Shown: piece after piece, positions 1-8,567 of the stretch
Layout of the letters: every line of letters begins with the position of its first letter
Position numbering within the stretch: the first letter of the stretch is position 1
DNA from: Actinomycetota bacterium
GTDB taxonomy: Bacteria > Actinomycetota > Acidimicrobiia > Acidimicrobiales > Aldehydirespiratoraceae
NCBI GenBank assembly: GCA_039193795.1
Contig: JBCCWI010000009.1
Span: 1,462-65,461 of the forward strand
DNA length: 64,000 bases
Direction: 5' to 3'
Made by a program: the position numbers and the translations under genes
The notes under the pieces: generated by a model
Database searches by the model: none
Told to the model about the DNA's origin: nothing
What the model saw: the letters and a program-made list of their open reading frames with translations, nothing else

Positions 1-668
1 CGGATCACCGAGAATCCGAGCGTCGCCTCGGGCGCCACCCCGACAACCGCACCGATCTGCGCCATCGTCATGCCGGGGGACACGCCGTCGTGCAGCCGGA
101 TCTCCCAGGTGTCGGGCTGAGGATCGACGGGGTAGGACCCGACCGGCACCGGCTCGGAGGGTCGCCAACTCCACCCGTCGTACTGCCGGTCGCCGGCGAC
201 GTCGTAGAACGCGACCGTGAGGCCGTCGTACCGCAGGTAGCGCTCGTCGTTGCCGTCGAAGGGACACCCTTCGACCCAACCGGAATCGGTGTCGGCCGCA
301 CCGAACACCTCGACGAGCGCGAACTCGACCTCCTCCTCGATCGAGCCGAACGGAAGCCCGAGCACCTCACCGCTCACCAGATCGGCGACGATCGCGACCT
401 CGACGGCGGGCGGCACCGTGGTGGAGGTCGTCGAGGTCGTGGTCGTCGAGGTCGTCGTCGACGTGGTGCTCGAGCTCGTCGTGGACGTGGTCGTCGTCGA
501 CGTGGTGGAGGTGGCCACCGCCTCGGTCGTGGTGGGGGCGGCGGTCGTCGTGACCGGATCGGTGGCCGTCTCGCCGTCGTCGCCGAACAGCGCGGCCAGG
601 ACGAAGCCGGCGACGACCCCGACCAGGATCAGGATGACCCCGACCAACAGGAGCTCTCGCCGTGACAC
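1..668 (-). CDS. Membrane-anchored protein with Thr/Ser-rich linker (3' end runs off the window; absent from the supplied ORF track)
   Basis: Own minus-strand translation from GTG at 668 gives VSRRELLLVGVILILVGVVAGFVLAALF (one TM helix), then a TTSTTTTSTTSSSTTSTTTSTTTT linker, then a globular part. The frame stays open to position 1, third codon positions are G/C-rich, and it starts 8 nt after the stop of the 2Fe-2S gene. Confidence 0.5.
   Translation of the reverse strand, partial: MSRRELLLVGVILILVGVVAGFVLAALFGDDGETATDPVTTTAAPTTTEAVATSTTSTTTTSTTSSSTTSTTTSTTTTSTTSTTVPPAVEVAIVADLVSGEVLGLPFGSIEEEVEFALVEVFGAADTDSGWVEGCPFDGNDERYLRYDGLTVAFYDVAGDRQYDGWSWRPSEPVPVGSYPVDPQPDTWEIRLHDGVSPGMTMAQIGAVVGVAPEATLGFSVI
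421..516 (-). repeat. Low-complexity ACG/TCG-rich tract encoding the Thr/Ser linker
   Basis: Plus strand reads gtcgtcgaggtcgtggtcgtcgaggtcgtcgtcgacgtggtg...; the reverse frame is almost only Thr and Ser. Confidence 0.6.
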
Positions 669-675
669 CGTGCCC

Positions 676-1146
676 TCAGCGATTGAGCTCCACCGCGGTC
701 TCCTCGACCGCAGCGAGGATCTTGGCGTAGCCGGTGCATCGGCAGAGGTTGCCGCTGAGCCCGATGCGCACCGCATCGAGGTCGGGCTCGGGATCGCGTT
801 CGAGCAGGGCGTGGGCGGAGATGATCATCCCCGGCGTGCAGAAGCCGCACTGGACGCCGCCCGCATCGAGCAGGTTGCGTTGCAGCGCGTGCATCTCGGG
901 CCCCTGCATCACCCCTTCGATCGTCGTGACCGAGCGCCCCTGGGCCTGCACGGCGAGGTAGCTGCACGAGTTGACCGGTTGGCCGTCGAGCAGAACCATG
1001 CAGGCGCCGCATTCGCAGTCGTCGCACCCCTCCTTGGTGCCGGTGAGGCCGACGTCCTCGCGGATCACCGACAGGAGGTTCTTGGACTGGTCGGCGGTGA
1101 CGGGATACCGCACGCCGTTGACCTCGAGGTCATAGCTCTGACTCAT
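676..1146 (-). CDS. Mo-hydroxylase (xanthine dehydrogenase/CoxS family) [2Fe-2S] small subunit
   Basis: 156 aa with CDDCECGAC, CGFCTPGMI and NLCRCTGY cluster motifs. ATGA overlap with the upstream FAD subunit gene. Confidence 0.9.
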   Translation of the reverse strand: MSQSYDLEVNGVRYPVTADQSKNLLSVIREDVGLTGTKEGCDDCECGACMVLLDGQPVNSCSYLAVQAQGRSVTTIEGVMQGPEMHALQRNLLDAGGVQCGFCTPGMIISAHALLERDPEPDLDAVRIGLSGNLCRCTGYAKILAAVEETAVELNR

Positions 1147-2042
1147 CAGGCAGCTCCGATTCCGAGCGAGCGATTGACGGGCACGGCGATCGCCTCGCCT
1201 TCGGCCCGGCGGGCCGCAGCGTCGACCGCCCGGCGCGCCATCACCCCGATGCAGTGGCGGCGGTACGCATCGCTGGCCCGGAGATCACTGATCGGCGAGG
1301 CCTGCTCCGACGCCAGCTCGGCGATGACCGGGCCGGCCGCTTCGGGGCTCAGCCCGGTGAGGGCGTCGTGGGCACCGTCGACCGGAAGGATCGTCGGCGC
1401 GACGGCGGCGAGGGCGACGGCGGCGGACGCGATCGTGCCGTCGGCTGCGAGCGTGACGCCGGCGGCCGCACCGACCACCGCGATCTCCATCGCTCGCCGG
1501 TACTCGAGCCGTACATAGGCGCTGCCGCATCGATCCTGGGCCGGCGGGAGGTGGAGGGCGACGAGGAGTTCGTCGGCCGCGGCGGAGGTTCGGCCCGGGC
1601 CCGTCCACAGTTCGTCGAGCCCGACCGTGCGCGTCCCGGTCGCGCTCCGCAGTTCCGCCTCGGCGCCGAGCACCGACAGGGGCGCGCCGGTGTCCATCGC
1701 GGGCGAGCCGTTCATCACGTTGCCGCCGATGGTTCCGAGGTGCCGCGTCGACGGCGAGCCGACGAGCGCCGAGGCGTCGGCGATCGCGGTGTAGGACCCG
1801 ACGATCACCGGGTCGATCATCAGCTGCGCGTGCGTCATCAACGACCCGATGCGGGCGCCATCGGCGCCGAGCTCGACGTGCGCCAGCTCCTCGATGCGAT
1901 CGATCGCGACCAGATCACCGGGAAGCGGCGCCTTGCCGTGGCGGGCACCGACGACGAGATCGGTTCCGCCCGCGATCGGACGGGCGCCGGCGGCGACCGC
2001 GGTGAGGGCCTCGTCGACCGTGGTGGCGATCGTGAAGCTCAT
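1146..2042 (-). CDS. Mo-hydroxylase FAD-binding medium subunit (CoxM-like)
   Basis: 298 aa with an IAGGTDLVV FAD-binding motif. ATGA overlaps with neighbours at both ends. Confidence 0.85.
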   Translation of the reverse strand: MSFTIATTVDEALTAVAAGARPIAGGTDLVVGARHGKAPLPGDLVAIDRIEELAHVELGADGARIGSLMTHAQLMIDPVIVGSYTAIADASALVGSPSTRHLGTIGGNVMNGSPAMDTGAPLSVLGAEAELRSATGTRTVGLDELWTGPGRTSAAADELLVALHLPPAQDRCGSAYVRLEYRRAMEIAVVGAAAGVTLAADGTIASAAVALAAVAPTILPVDGAHDALTGLSPEAAGPVIAELASEQASPISDLRASDAYRRHCIGVMARRAVDAAARRAEGEAIAVPVNRSLGIGAA

Positions 2043-4315
2043 CGCTCGACCTCTGCGCTCGTCGCCCAGACGCGTTCTGCGGTCATCGGCAGCTGGGTCA
2101 CCGGCCGCCCGACGAGTTGGGCGATGCCGTTGGCGATGGCCGCGGCGGTGGGCACGTTCGGCGCCTCGGCCAATCCCTTCGCGCCGTAGGGGCCGGCGTT
2201 CGGGTCCGGGATCTCGATGAATTGGGTACGGATCGTGGGGGCGTCGGCCGCGGTCTGCAGCTTGTACTCGAGCAGCCCCGTGTTGCGCTGTTTCGCGTCG
2301 TCGCCGTACTGGGTGCCCTCGGTCAGGGCCTGGCCGATGCCCATCGTGATGCCGCCCTCGACCTGACCGTGGGCCGCGACCGGATTGATGATCGTGCCCG
2401 AGTCGTGGGCGGCCGACACCTCGAGCACCCGCACGACGCCGGTGTCACGATCGAGACGGACGCGGACGGCGTGGCAGGCGAACTGGGGGCCGGCCCAGCC
2501 GGCGAGGCCCTGATCGCCGACACACAACGCGGAGACGGTCGGGTACTCCGGCGGGGTGCCCGACCCCTTCCCGATGAGCATCTCCCCGCCGGCGGCGATG
2601 CCGGCGAGTTCGGCGATCGAGATCGACTTGTCCGGCGACCCGGTCACATGGGCGACCCCGTCGGCGAGGACGATGTCGTCGGCGGCCGCTTCGAGCTGGT
2701 CGGCGGCGACGTCGCGCAGCTGAGCGGCGACCTCACGAGCCCCCTCGATCACCGCCCGCCCGTTGTTGAGCAGGGTCTGGGATCCGGTCGCGCCCGTGTC
2801 GTAGGGAGCGACCGACGTGTCCTGGTAGACGAGCTGGAAGTCCTCGGGCTCCATCCCGAGCTCCTTCGCGGCGAGCATCCGGAGGGTCATGACCGAGCCC
2901 GTGCCGCACTCCTGCGCGCCGGTGATGATCATGCCGGTGCCGTCGGAGTCGAGCTTGATGTACGCGCCGGACGGGCCGGGGAAGCTCGGCCACCAGCTGA
3001 TGGCCACGCCGATGGCCTCGTCGGCGGGCAGCTGGTCGCCGTAGGCCGACGCGCCGACGGCTGCATCGAGACAGCGACGCAAGCCGATCTCGCCGTAGAC
3101 CTGGCCGGCGGCGCCCTCGACCCCCTCGTCGACGATGTTGAGGCGCCGGAACTCGACCCGGTCCATCCCGACGACGGCGGCGATCTCATCGGTGTGGGAC
3201 TCGAGCGCCCAGCACGCCTGGGGTGCGGTCGGTGCCCGCACCGACCCCGACGGTTGGTGGTTGGTGTAGACCAGCGACGCCTCGACCTTCACCGCCGGGA
3301 GGTTGTAGGGCCCGGCGACGTGCATCGCCGCCAACTGGGGGAAGAAGGCGGCGTCGGCGGTGTAGGCGCCGTTGTCGATCGCGATCCAGCCGGTACGGGC
3401 GACGAGCGTGCCGTCGGCCTTCACGCCCGACGTGATGTCGACGATCATGCCCTCGCGGCGTCGATCCGGGGCGACCATCTCCTCTTGGCGGGAGAACACG
3501 AGCTTGACCGGTCGCCGGGCGGCGCGGGCGAGCGCGGCGACGTGGGCCTCGAAGTGGAAGCCGCACTTGCCACCGAACCCGCCACCGAGATGGGGCACCA
3601 CGACCCGGACCCGGTTCGACGGGATCTGCAGCGTCTCGGAAACGCCTGCTCGGGCATCGAAGGGGACTTGCGTCGAGGTCCAGATCGTGACCTTCTCGCC
3701 CTCCCACTGGGCGACGATGGCTCGGGGCTCGATCGGGAGGGCGTGACAGCCGTCGGCGACGTAGCGGCTGGTGACGACGTGATCGGCGGTCGCCATCGCC
3801 GCCTCGACATCGCCCTTCTCGATCGAGGAGAACGATGCGACGTTCGGCCGCTGGACCGTGTCGCCCGTGACGGCGTAGGACTCCCACTCCTCGTGCACCA
3901 GCGGCGACGTGTCGGTGAGGGCCGCCTCGAGGTCGTCGACGATCGGCAGCGGCTCGTACTCGACCACGATGGCGTCGACCGCGGCCTGTGCGGTGGCGGC
4001 GTCGACCGCGGCGACCGCCGCCAGCAGCTCGCCCTCGAACCGGACGACCCCCTTGGCGAAGAGACGCCGGTCCGGGACCACCGGGCTGTAGATCACGTCG
4101 GGCACGTCGTCGGAGGTCAGGACCGCGAACACCCCCGGCATCGCCACAGCCGCCGACACGTCGAGCGTCGTGATGCGGGCGTGGGCGATCCCGGCGTACT
4201 TGAACTTGGCGACGAGCTGACCGGTCAGGTTGATGTCGGCGGTGTAGCGGCCACTGCCGGTGACCTTGTCGGGGCCGTCGGCCCGGACGAATCGGGGAGC
4301 TTCTGCGATGGCCAT
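2039..4315 (-). CDS. Xanthine dehydrogenase family molybdopterin-binding large subunit
   Basis: ORF 2039..4330. Start moved to ATG at 4315, which is preceded by GGAGG. GGGFGGK and YTNHQPSGSVRAP loops are typical of the family. Confidence 0.9.
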   Translation of the reverse strand: MAIAEAPRFVRADGPDKVTGSGRYTADINLTGQLVAKFKYAGIAHARITTLDVSAAVAMPGVFAVLTSDDVPDVIYSPVVPDRRLFAKGVVRFEGELLAAVAAVDAATAQAAVDAIVVEYEPLPIVDDLEAALTDTSPLVHEEWESYAVTGDTVQRPNVASFSSIEKGDVEAAMATADHVVTSRYVADGCHALPIEPRAIVAQWEGEKVTIWTSTQVPFDARAGVSETLQIPSNRVRVVVPHLGGGFGGKCGFHFEAHVAALARAARRPVKLVFSRQEEMVAPDRRREGMIVDITSGVKADGTLVARTGWIAIDNGAYTADAAFFPQLAAMHVAGPYNLPAVKVEASLVYTNHQPSGSVRAPTAPQACWALESHTDEIAAVVGMDRVEFRRLNIVDEGVEGAAGQVYGEIGLRRCLDAAVGASAYGDQLPADEAIGVAISWWPSFPGPSGAYIKLDSDGTGMIITGAQECGTGSVMTLRMLAAKELGMEPEDFQLVYQDTSVAPYDTGATGSQTLLNNGRAVIEGAREVAAQLRDVAADQLEAAADDIVLADGVAHVTGSPDKSISIAELAGIAAGGEMLIGKGSGTPPEYPTVSALCVGDQGLAGWAGPQFACHAVRVRLDRDTGVVRVLEVSAAHDSGTIINPVAAHGQVEGGITMGIGQALTEGTQYGDDAKQRNTGLLEYKLQTAADAPTIRTQFIEIPDPNAGPYGAKGLAEAPNVPTAAAIANGIAQLVGRPVTQLPMTAERVWATSAEVER

Positions 4316-4440
4316 GCGGGCGACCTCCAAACGGCGCGAAAACCGGCCGTCACTATCGCACGCGGGAAGCCCTGCCGTCTGCAGCGGGCGTGTCCACGGT
4401 CACTGGATGGCGGCGGCCCGAATCGGCCTACGATCACACG

Positions 4441-6408
4441 ATGCTTCCGGCGGACATCAACCACCTCGTCTGGGCGAGCAGCCCGGCCCTCTCCCCCGAC
4501 GGCGAACAGGTCGCCTACGTCGTCCATCGCGTCGACGAGCAGGCCAATCGCTACCGATCGCGGGTGTGGCTGGCCTCGATCGACGGCTCGAGCCGACCCC
4601 GACCGGTGAGCGCAGGTGAGCACAACGACGCCGCGCCGACCTGGGCCCCCGACGGCACCCAACTGTTCTTCACGTCGACGCGCCGCACCGACGACAAGGG
4701 CCGTACCCGCAGCGCCATCTACGCCCTCGCCACCGCCGGTCCGGGCGAGGCGTCACTCCTGGTCGAACATCCCGAGCCGATCTCGGGCGTGAGGGTCGCC
4801 CCGGACAGCTCGAAGCTGGCCTACGCCGTGCGGGTGCGAGGCGAGCACTACGCCTCCGACGACGTCGATCGGCGGCCGCCTCGCAAGATCGACCGGCCCT
4901 TCTACCGGCTCAACGGGCTCGGCACGATCCTCGACCGTCCGATCCATGTCCACCTGTTGGACCTGACGGGCGACGCCGCTCCCACCGACCTCACCCCGGG
5001 CGACGCCGACTTCGCCGCGCCGGCGTGGGGGCCGGATGGCTCGTGGCTGGCGGTCACCCGCACCGACACGTCGGAGCGGATGTTCGGCTCCGACATCGCC
5101 CGGATCGACCTCGGCTCCGGCGAGATCACGGTCATCACCGACGGGGTCGGCGCCTGGAGCAATCCGGTCGTCGGCCACGACGGCTCGATCGCATGCGTCG
5201 GCTACGAGGACGCGACCGTGTTCCCGAGCAACAACCATGTCGCCGTCCTCGACCCATCCGGCGCACCGACCTGGATCACCGCAGCGCATGACCGCGATTG
5301 GTGCTCGTTCCCGGTGGCGACGGCGCCGACCTGGGACGACGACGGCCTCGTCGCGATCGTCGCCGACCACGGGTCGGTCCACCTCCACCGACTCGACCCG
5401 ACCGGTGGCACGACACCGCTCGTGACCGGCGATCGCTGGGTCGTCGGCTGGTCCACCGCGGCGGGAGTCGTCGCGTTCGCATCGGAGGACTCGACCCGAC
5501 CGGCGGAGATCTCCGTGCTCGTCGACGGGGAAGAACATCGGATCACCCATGTGACCGACACGTTCGTTCGCACAGCACAGCCCCAGCGGGCCGAGCGCTT
5601 CACGGCGCCGGCGCCCGGTGCCGACGGGCTCGAGGTCGACGCGTGGATCGTCCGGCCGCCCGACTTCGACCCGGCCACGACCTACCCGGCACTCATCAAC
5701 ATCCACGGTGGGCCGTTCACGCAGTACGGCGACTACTTCTACGACGAGGCTCAGCACCAGGCTCGGGCCGGATTCGTCGTGGTGTACTGCAACCCGCGGG
5801 GCGGATCGGGCCGCGATCAGGCATGGGGCCATGCCATCGTCGGCAAGAACCTCGGAGGCCCCGGATGGGGGACCGTCGACTACGACGACATCATGTCGGT
5901 CGTCGACACCGCCCTCGAACGGTTCCCGTTCATCGATCCCGACCGCTTCGGTGTGCTCGGCGGCAGCTACGGCGGCTACATGACCAGCTGGATCATCGGC
6001 CACACCGACCGGTTCGCCGCCGCCTGCTCGGAGCGGGCGGTCAACAACCTCGTCACCCTCGACCTCACCAGCGACATCGCCGGCGTCGCCGGGTTCTGGT
6101 TCGACACCACAGCGCTCGATGACCACGAGGAGATGATGGCGATGTCGCCGATCACCTACGCCGACCGGATGGACACGCCGCTGCTGATCATCCACTCCGA
6201 CGAGGACTGGCGCTGTGGTTTCGAACAGGCCGACCAGCTGTACTTCCGGCTCCGGGAACGCGACTACGACGTCGAGTACTACCGATTCCCCGGCGAGAAC
6301 CACGAGCTGAGCCGGTCGGGATCGCCGATCCATCGGATCCAACGAGCGGATCTGATCCTCGACTTCTTCCGCGACCGACTCGGCGTCGGCTCCGCCGTCG
6401 AGGACTAG
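4441..6408 (+). CDS. S9 family serine peptidase (prolyl oligopeptidase/acylaminoacyl-peptidase type)
   Basis: N-terminal beta-propeller-like region plus a C-terminal GGSYGGYMT nucleophile elbow. ATG at 4441 chosen; GTG at 4390 is an alternative start. Confidence 0.85.
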   Translation: MLPADINHLVWASSPALSPDGEQVAYVVHRVDEQANRYRSRVWLASIDGSSRPRPVSAGEHNDAAPTWAPDGTQLFFTSTRRTDDKGRTRSAIYALATAGPGEASLLVEHPEPISGVRVAPDSSKLAYAVRVRGEHYASDDVDRRPPRKIDRPFYRLNGLGTILDRPIHVHLLDLTGDAAPTDLTPGDADFAAPAWGPDGSWLAVTRTDTSERMFGSDIARIDLGSGEITVITDGVGAWSNPVVGHDGSIACVGYEDATVFPSNNHVAVLDPSGAPTWITAAHDRDWCSFPVATAPTWDDDGLVAIVADHGSVHLHRLDPTGGTTPLVTGDRWVVGWSTAAGVVAFASEDSTRPAEISVLVDGEEHRITHVTDTFVRTAQPQRAERFTAPAPGADGLEVDAWIVRPPDFDPATTYPALINIHGGPFTQYGDYFYDEAQHQARAGFVVVYCNPRGGSGRDQAWGHAIVGKNLGGPGWGTVDYDDIMSVVDTALERFPFIDPDRFGVLGGSYGGYMTSWIIGHTDRFAAACSERAVNNLVTLDLTSDIAGVAGFWFDTTALDDHEEMMAMSPITYADRMDTPLLIIHSDEDWRCGFEQADQLYFRLRERDYDVEYYRFPGENHELSRSGSPIHRIQRADLILDFFRDRLGVGSAVED

Positions 6409-7139
6409 CCCTCGGCATCCCAGCTGGTCACGGCGCCGACGCTGCCGGGACGCGGCGTCATGAGTTCGGTCGTGCCACCGGTGACGAACGTGTTCTCGGT
6501 CGCGGCCCACGCCAACAGATCGGCGTCGGCGGTGCCGGTGTCGTCGAGCCCGCGGCTGGTGTCGAAGTCCTTGCGCAGCTGCACCCAGTTCTCGAGGTGG
6601 GTGCCCCACACAACGATCACCTCACGGTTGTTGTTGACGACCTCGAGCAGGTTGGTGAGGTGAATGCCGCGGGCTTCGAGCTGCGGTCGCCTTGCTTCGA
6701 TCACCTCCCCGAGGTAGTCGATCTGGCTTCCTGGTCGGACCTCCAGGAGCTGATGCACGAACACCGTGCACCGGAGGTCGCGGGCCTCGAGTTCTTCGCG
6801 GGTCGGGCAGCCCGGCACCGTCGCGCCGATGCGGTCGCGACCGCCGGTGCGGTACGGCAGGGCCTCGTCCCACCAGTCGCCGTAGAACGTCGCCCGACGC
6901 TTGAGGTTGAGGCGGTCGAGGTTGCGCGTCCACGCGTCCCAACCGTCGGGCCCACCGTCGTGGAGGTTGATGACCTGGGGCCAGCGCCCACCCGACGCGC
7001 CGATGACGAAGAAGGTGCCGTGCAGGCGGAACAGCCCCGGCATGTCGTGGACCGGCTCTCGGGCGGCGACGTCCATGTAGTCGTATTGCCCCTGCCCGAT
7101 GATGTCGAGCGTCTCGTGGAGATAGAAGCGGCGCGGCAC
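6405..7139 (-). CDS. Hypothetical protein (possibly a duplicated dimeric alpha/beta-barrel, NIPSNAP-like)
   Basis: 244-aa ORF with coding-like composition and a GTG start, lying downstream of the EamA gene on the same strand. No motif recognised with certainty. Confidence 0.5.
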   Translation of the reverse strand: MPRRFYLHETLDIIGQGQYDYMDVAAREPVHDMPGLFRLHGTFFVIGASGGRWPQVINLHDGGPDGWDAWTRNLDRLNLKRRATFYGDWWDEALPYRTGGRDRIGATVPGCPTREELEARDLRCTVFVHQLLEVRPGSQIDYLGEVIEARRPQLEARGIHLTNLLEVVNNNREVIVVWGTHLENWVQLRKDFDTSRGLDDTGTADADLLAWAATENTFVTGGTTELMTPRPGSVGAVTSWDAEG

Positions 7140-7161
7140 CGCACGAGTGTGACCGATCAGG

Positions 7162-8037
7162 TCAAGCGATGCGCAGTTCCGCCTCCCGGCGAACCACCAG
7201 CGCGAGCGCGCTCAAGGTGATCGCCATGCCGAGCACCTGGATGCGGTTGACCGTTTCGTCGAGAAACCAGACCGCCCCGATGGTGGAAACGACCGGGATC
7301 GCGAGCGTCAACATCGACGTGATGACCAGGCGCACGTGGTTGTGCGACCAGTTCATCAACATGTGCCCGGTACCGGGGACCGCCAGCAGCGCCGCCAACC
7401 ACGCCCACTGGACCGCAGACGGGACGTCGATCCCGCCGGCGTCGACCACCGAGACCGGGAAGAGCACGACCGTCCCGACGATCCACAGGCACGCCTGGAA
7501 CTCCAGGATCGGCACCGTCTCTCGGCCACGCTTGGCGGTCGCGAAGTAGGCGGCGAACAGGAACATCGCGACGAGCGACAAGACGTCGCCCCACGGTTCC
7601 CAACTCGAGTTCTGCGTCGAGCCGAACACGACGAGGACGACCCCGACCATCGACACGCCGGTCACGGCGATCAACAGGGTGGTGACCCGTTCGTTGAAGG
7701 CGCGCGCCGCGACCGCGAGCAACACGATCGGCGTGAGGTTCGAGATGATCGTGGCGTTGGCGACCGCGGTGTTGCGGATCGCGACGAAGAACACCGCGAT
7801 CTCCAGACTGATGGCGATCCCGGCCGGCGCGACCGCCTTCACCATCGTCCAGTTGATGCGGCGACCGGCGAGGTACACGACCGCGGTGTAGACCACAGCG
7901 CCCAGGAAGATCCGCCAGAAGGCGATCTGCAGACCCGGCATCGGGGCTCGCACCACCATCACGTTGCCGGCCGCCCAGCACAGAACGGCGAACGTGGACC
8001 CGACCAGGCCGGCCGGTGTCGATCGCTCGGTGCTCAC
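7162..8037 (-). CDS. EamA/DMT family transporter
   Basis: About 10 hydrophobic helices in two EamA-like halves. The GTG start at 8037 overlaps the TGA stop of the SET gene (GTGA). The N-terminal 56 codons of ORF 7162..8205 are Arg/Pro/Gly-rich and judged non-coding. Confidence 0.8.
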   Translation of the reverse strand: MSTERSTPAGLVGSTFAVLCWAAGNVMVVRAPMPGLQIAFWRIFLGAVVYTAVVYLAGRRINWTMVKAVAPAGIAISLEIAVFFVAIRNTAVANATIISNLTPIVLLAVAARAFNERVTTLLIAVTGVSMVGVVLVVFGSTQNSSWEPWGDVLSLVAMFLFAAYFATAKRGRETVPILEFQACLWIVGTVVLFPVSVVDAGGIDVPSAVQWAWLAALLAVPGTGHMLMNWSHNHVRLVITSMLTLAIPVVSTIGAVWFLDETVNRIQVLGMAITLSALALVVRREAELRIA

Positions 8038-8540
8038 CGCTGGTCGATTCGAGCCTGAACGTGGGGCATGAAGTAGCCCTCGTAGCGCTCCTGGAGATCG
8101 GGGAGCTGCCAATCCGACTCCATCACCACGCCCCGACACAGGCCGGTCGTGCAGAGGCACTCGAGCCGATACGGCTCCACCCGGGCCATGGCGTAGTCGT
8201 GACACAGCTCCTCGCCCGCGGCGATGTCGCGGATGGCGACATAGGTGACATTGCCGTTGAAACCGACGTTGGCGTTACACGCATGGTTGATGTGCACGAC
8301 CATGTCGTCGTACTCGTCGGCGTGCCGCGGGCTCAGAAAGAGCCCCTCGGCGATCTGCAGGCTGAAGTCGCCGATCTCCTCGGTCAGCCGCTGGACCTCG
8401 TCGAACCCGACGACGTGCCCGACCTTGACGGCGACCGGCTCGTCCTTGGCGATCGGCGCGTTCGCGAACACGGCCAGGCCACCGAGGTGGCTCGCTCGCA
8501 CGTCGACCTTCGGGGATCGCCAGACGCGTACGGGTTCCAT
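8034..8540 (-). CDS. SET + post-SET domain protein (putative protein-lysine methyltransferase)
   Basis: 168 aa from ATG at 8540 (MEPVRVW...). Carries NHACNANV (NHSCxPN-like), ELCHDY (ELxxDY) and CLCTTGLC (CxCx4C post-SET) motifs. This is the C-terminal part of the spurious long ORF 8034..9980. Confidence 0.8.
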   Translation of the reverse strand: MEPVRVWRSPKVDVRASHLGGLAVFANAPIAKDEPVAVKVGHVVGFDEVQRLTEEIGDFSLQIAEGLFLSPRHADEYDDMVVHINHACNANVGFNGNVTYVAIRDIAAGEELCHDYAMARVEPYRLECLCTTGLCRGVVMESDWQLPDLQERYEGYFMPHVQARIDQR

Positions 8541-8567
8541 CGCCGGAGTATGGCAGGCTGCGGGGCG

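Noticed and set aside
2039-4315. Calling the Mo large subunits aerobic CO dehydrogenase (CoxL)
   Set aside because: By eye neither large subunit shows the CoxL active-site loop (AYRCSFR for form I, AYRGAGR for form II). The calls are kept at family level.
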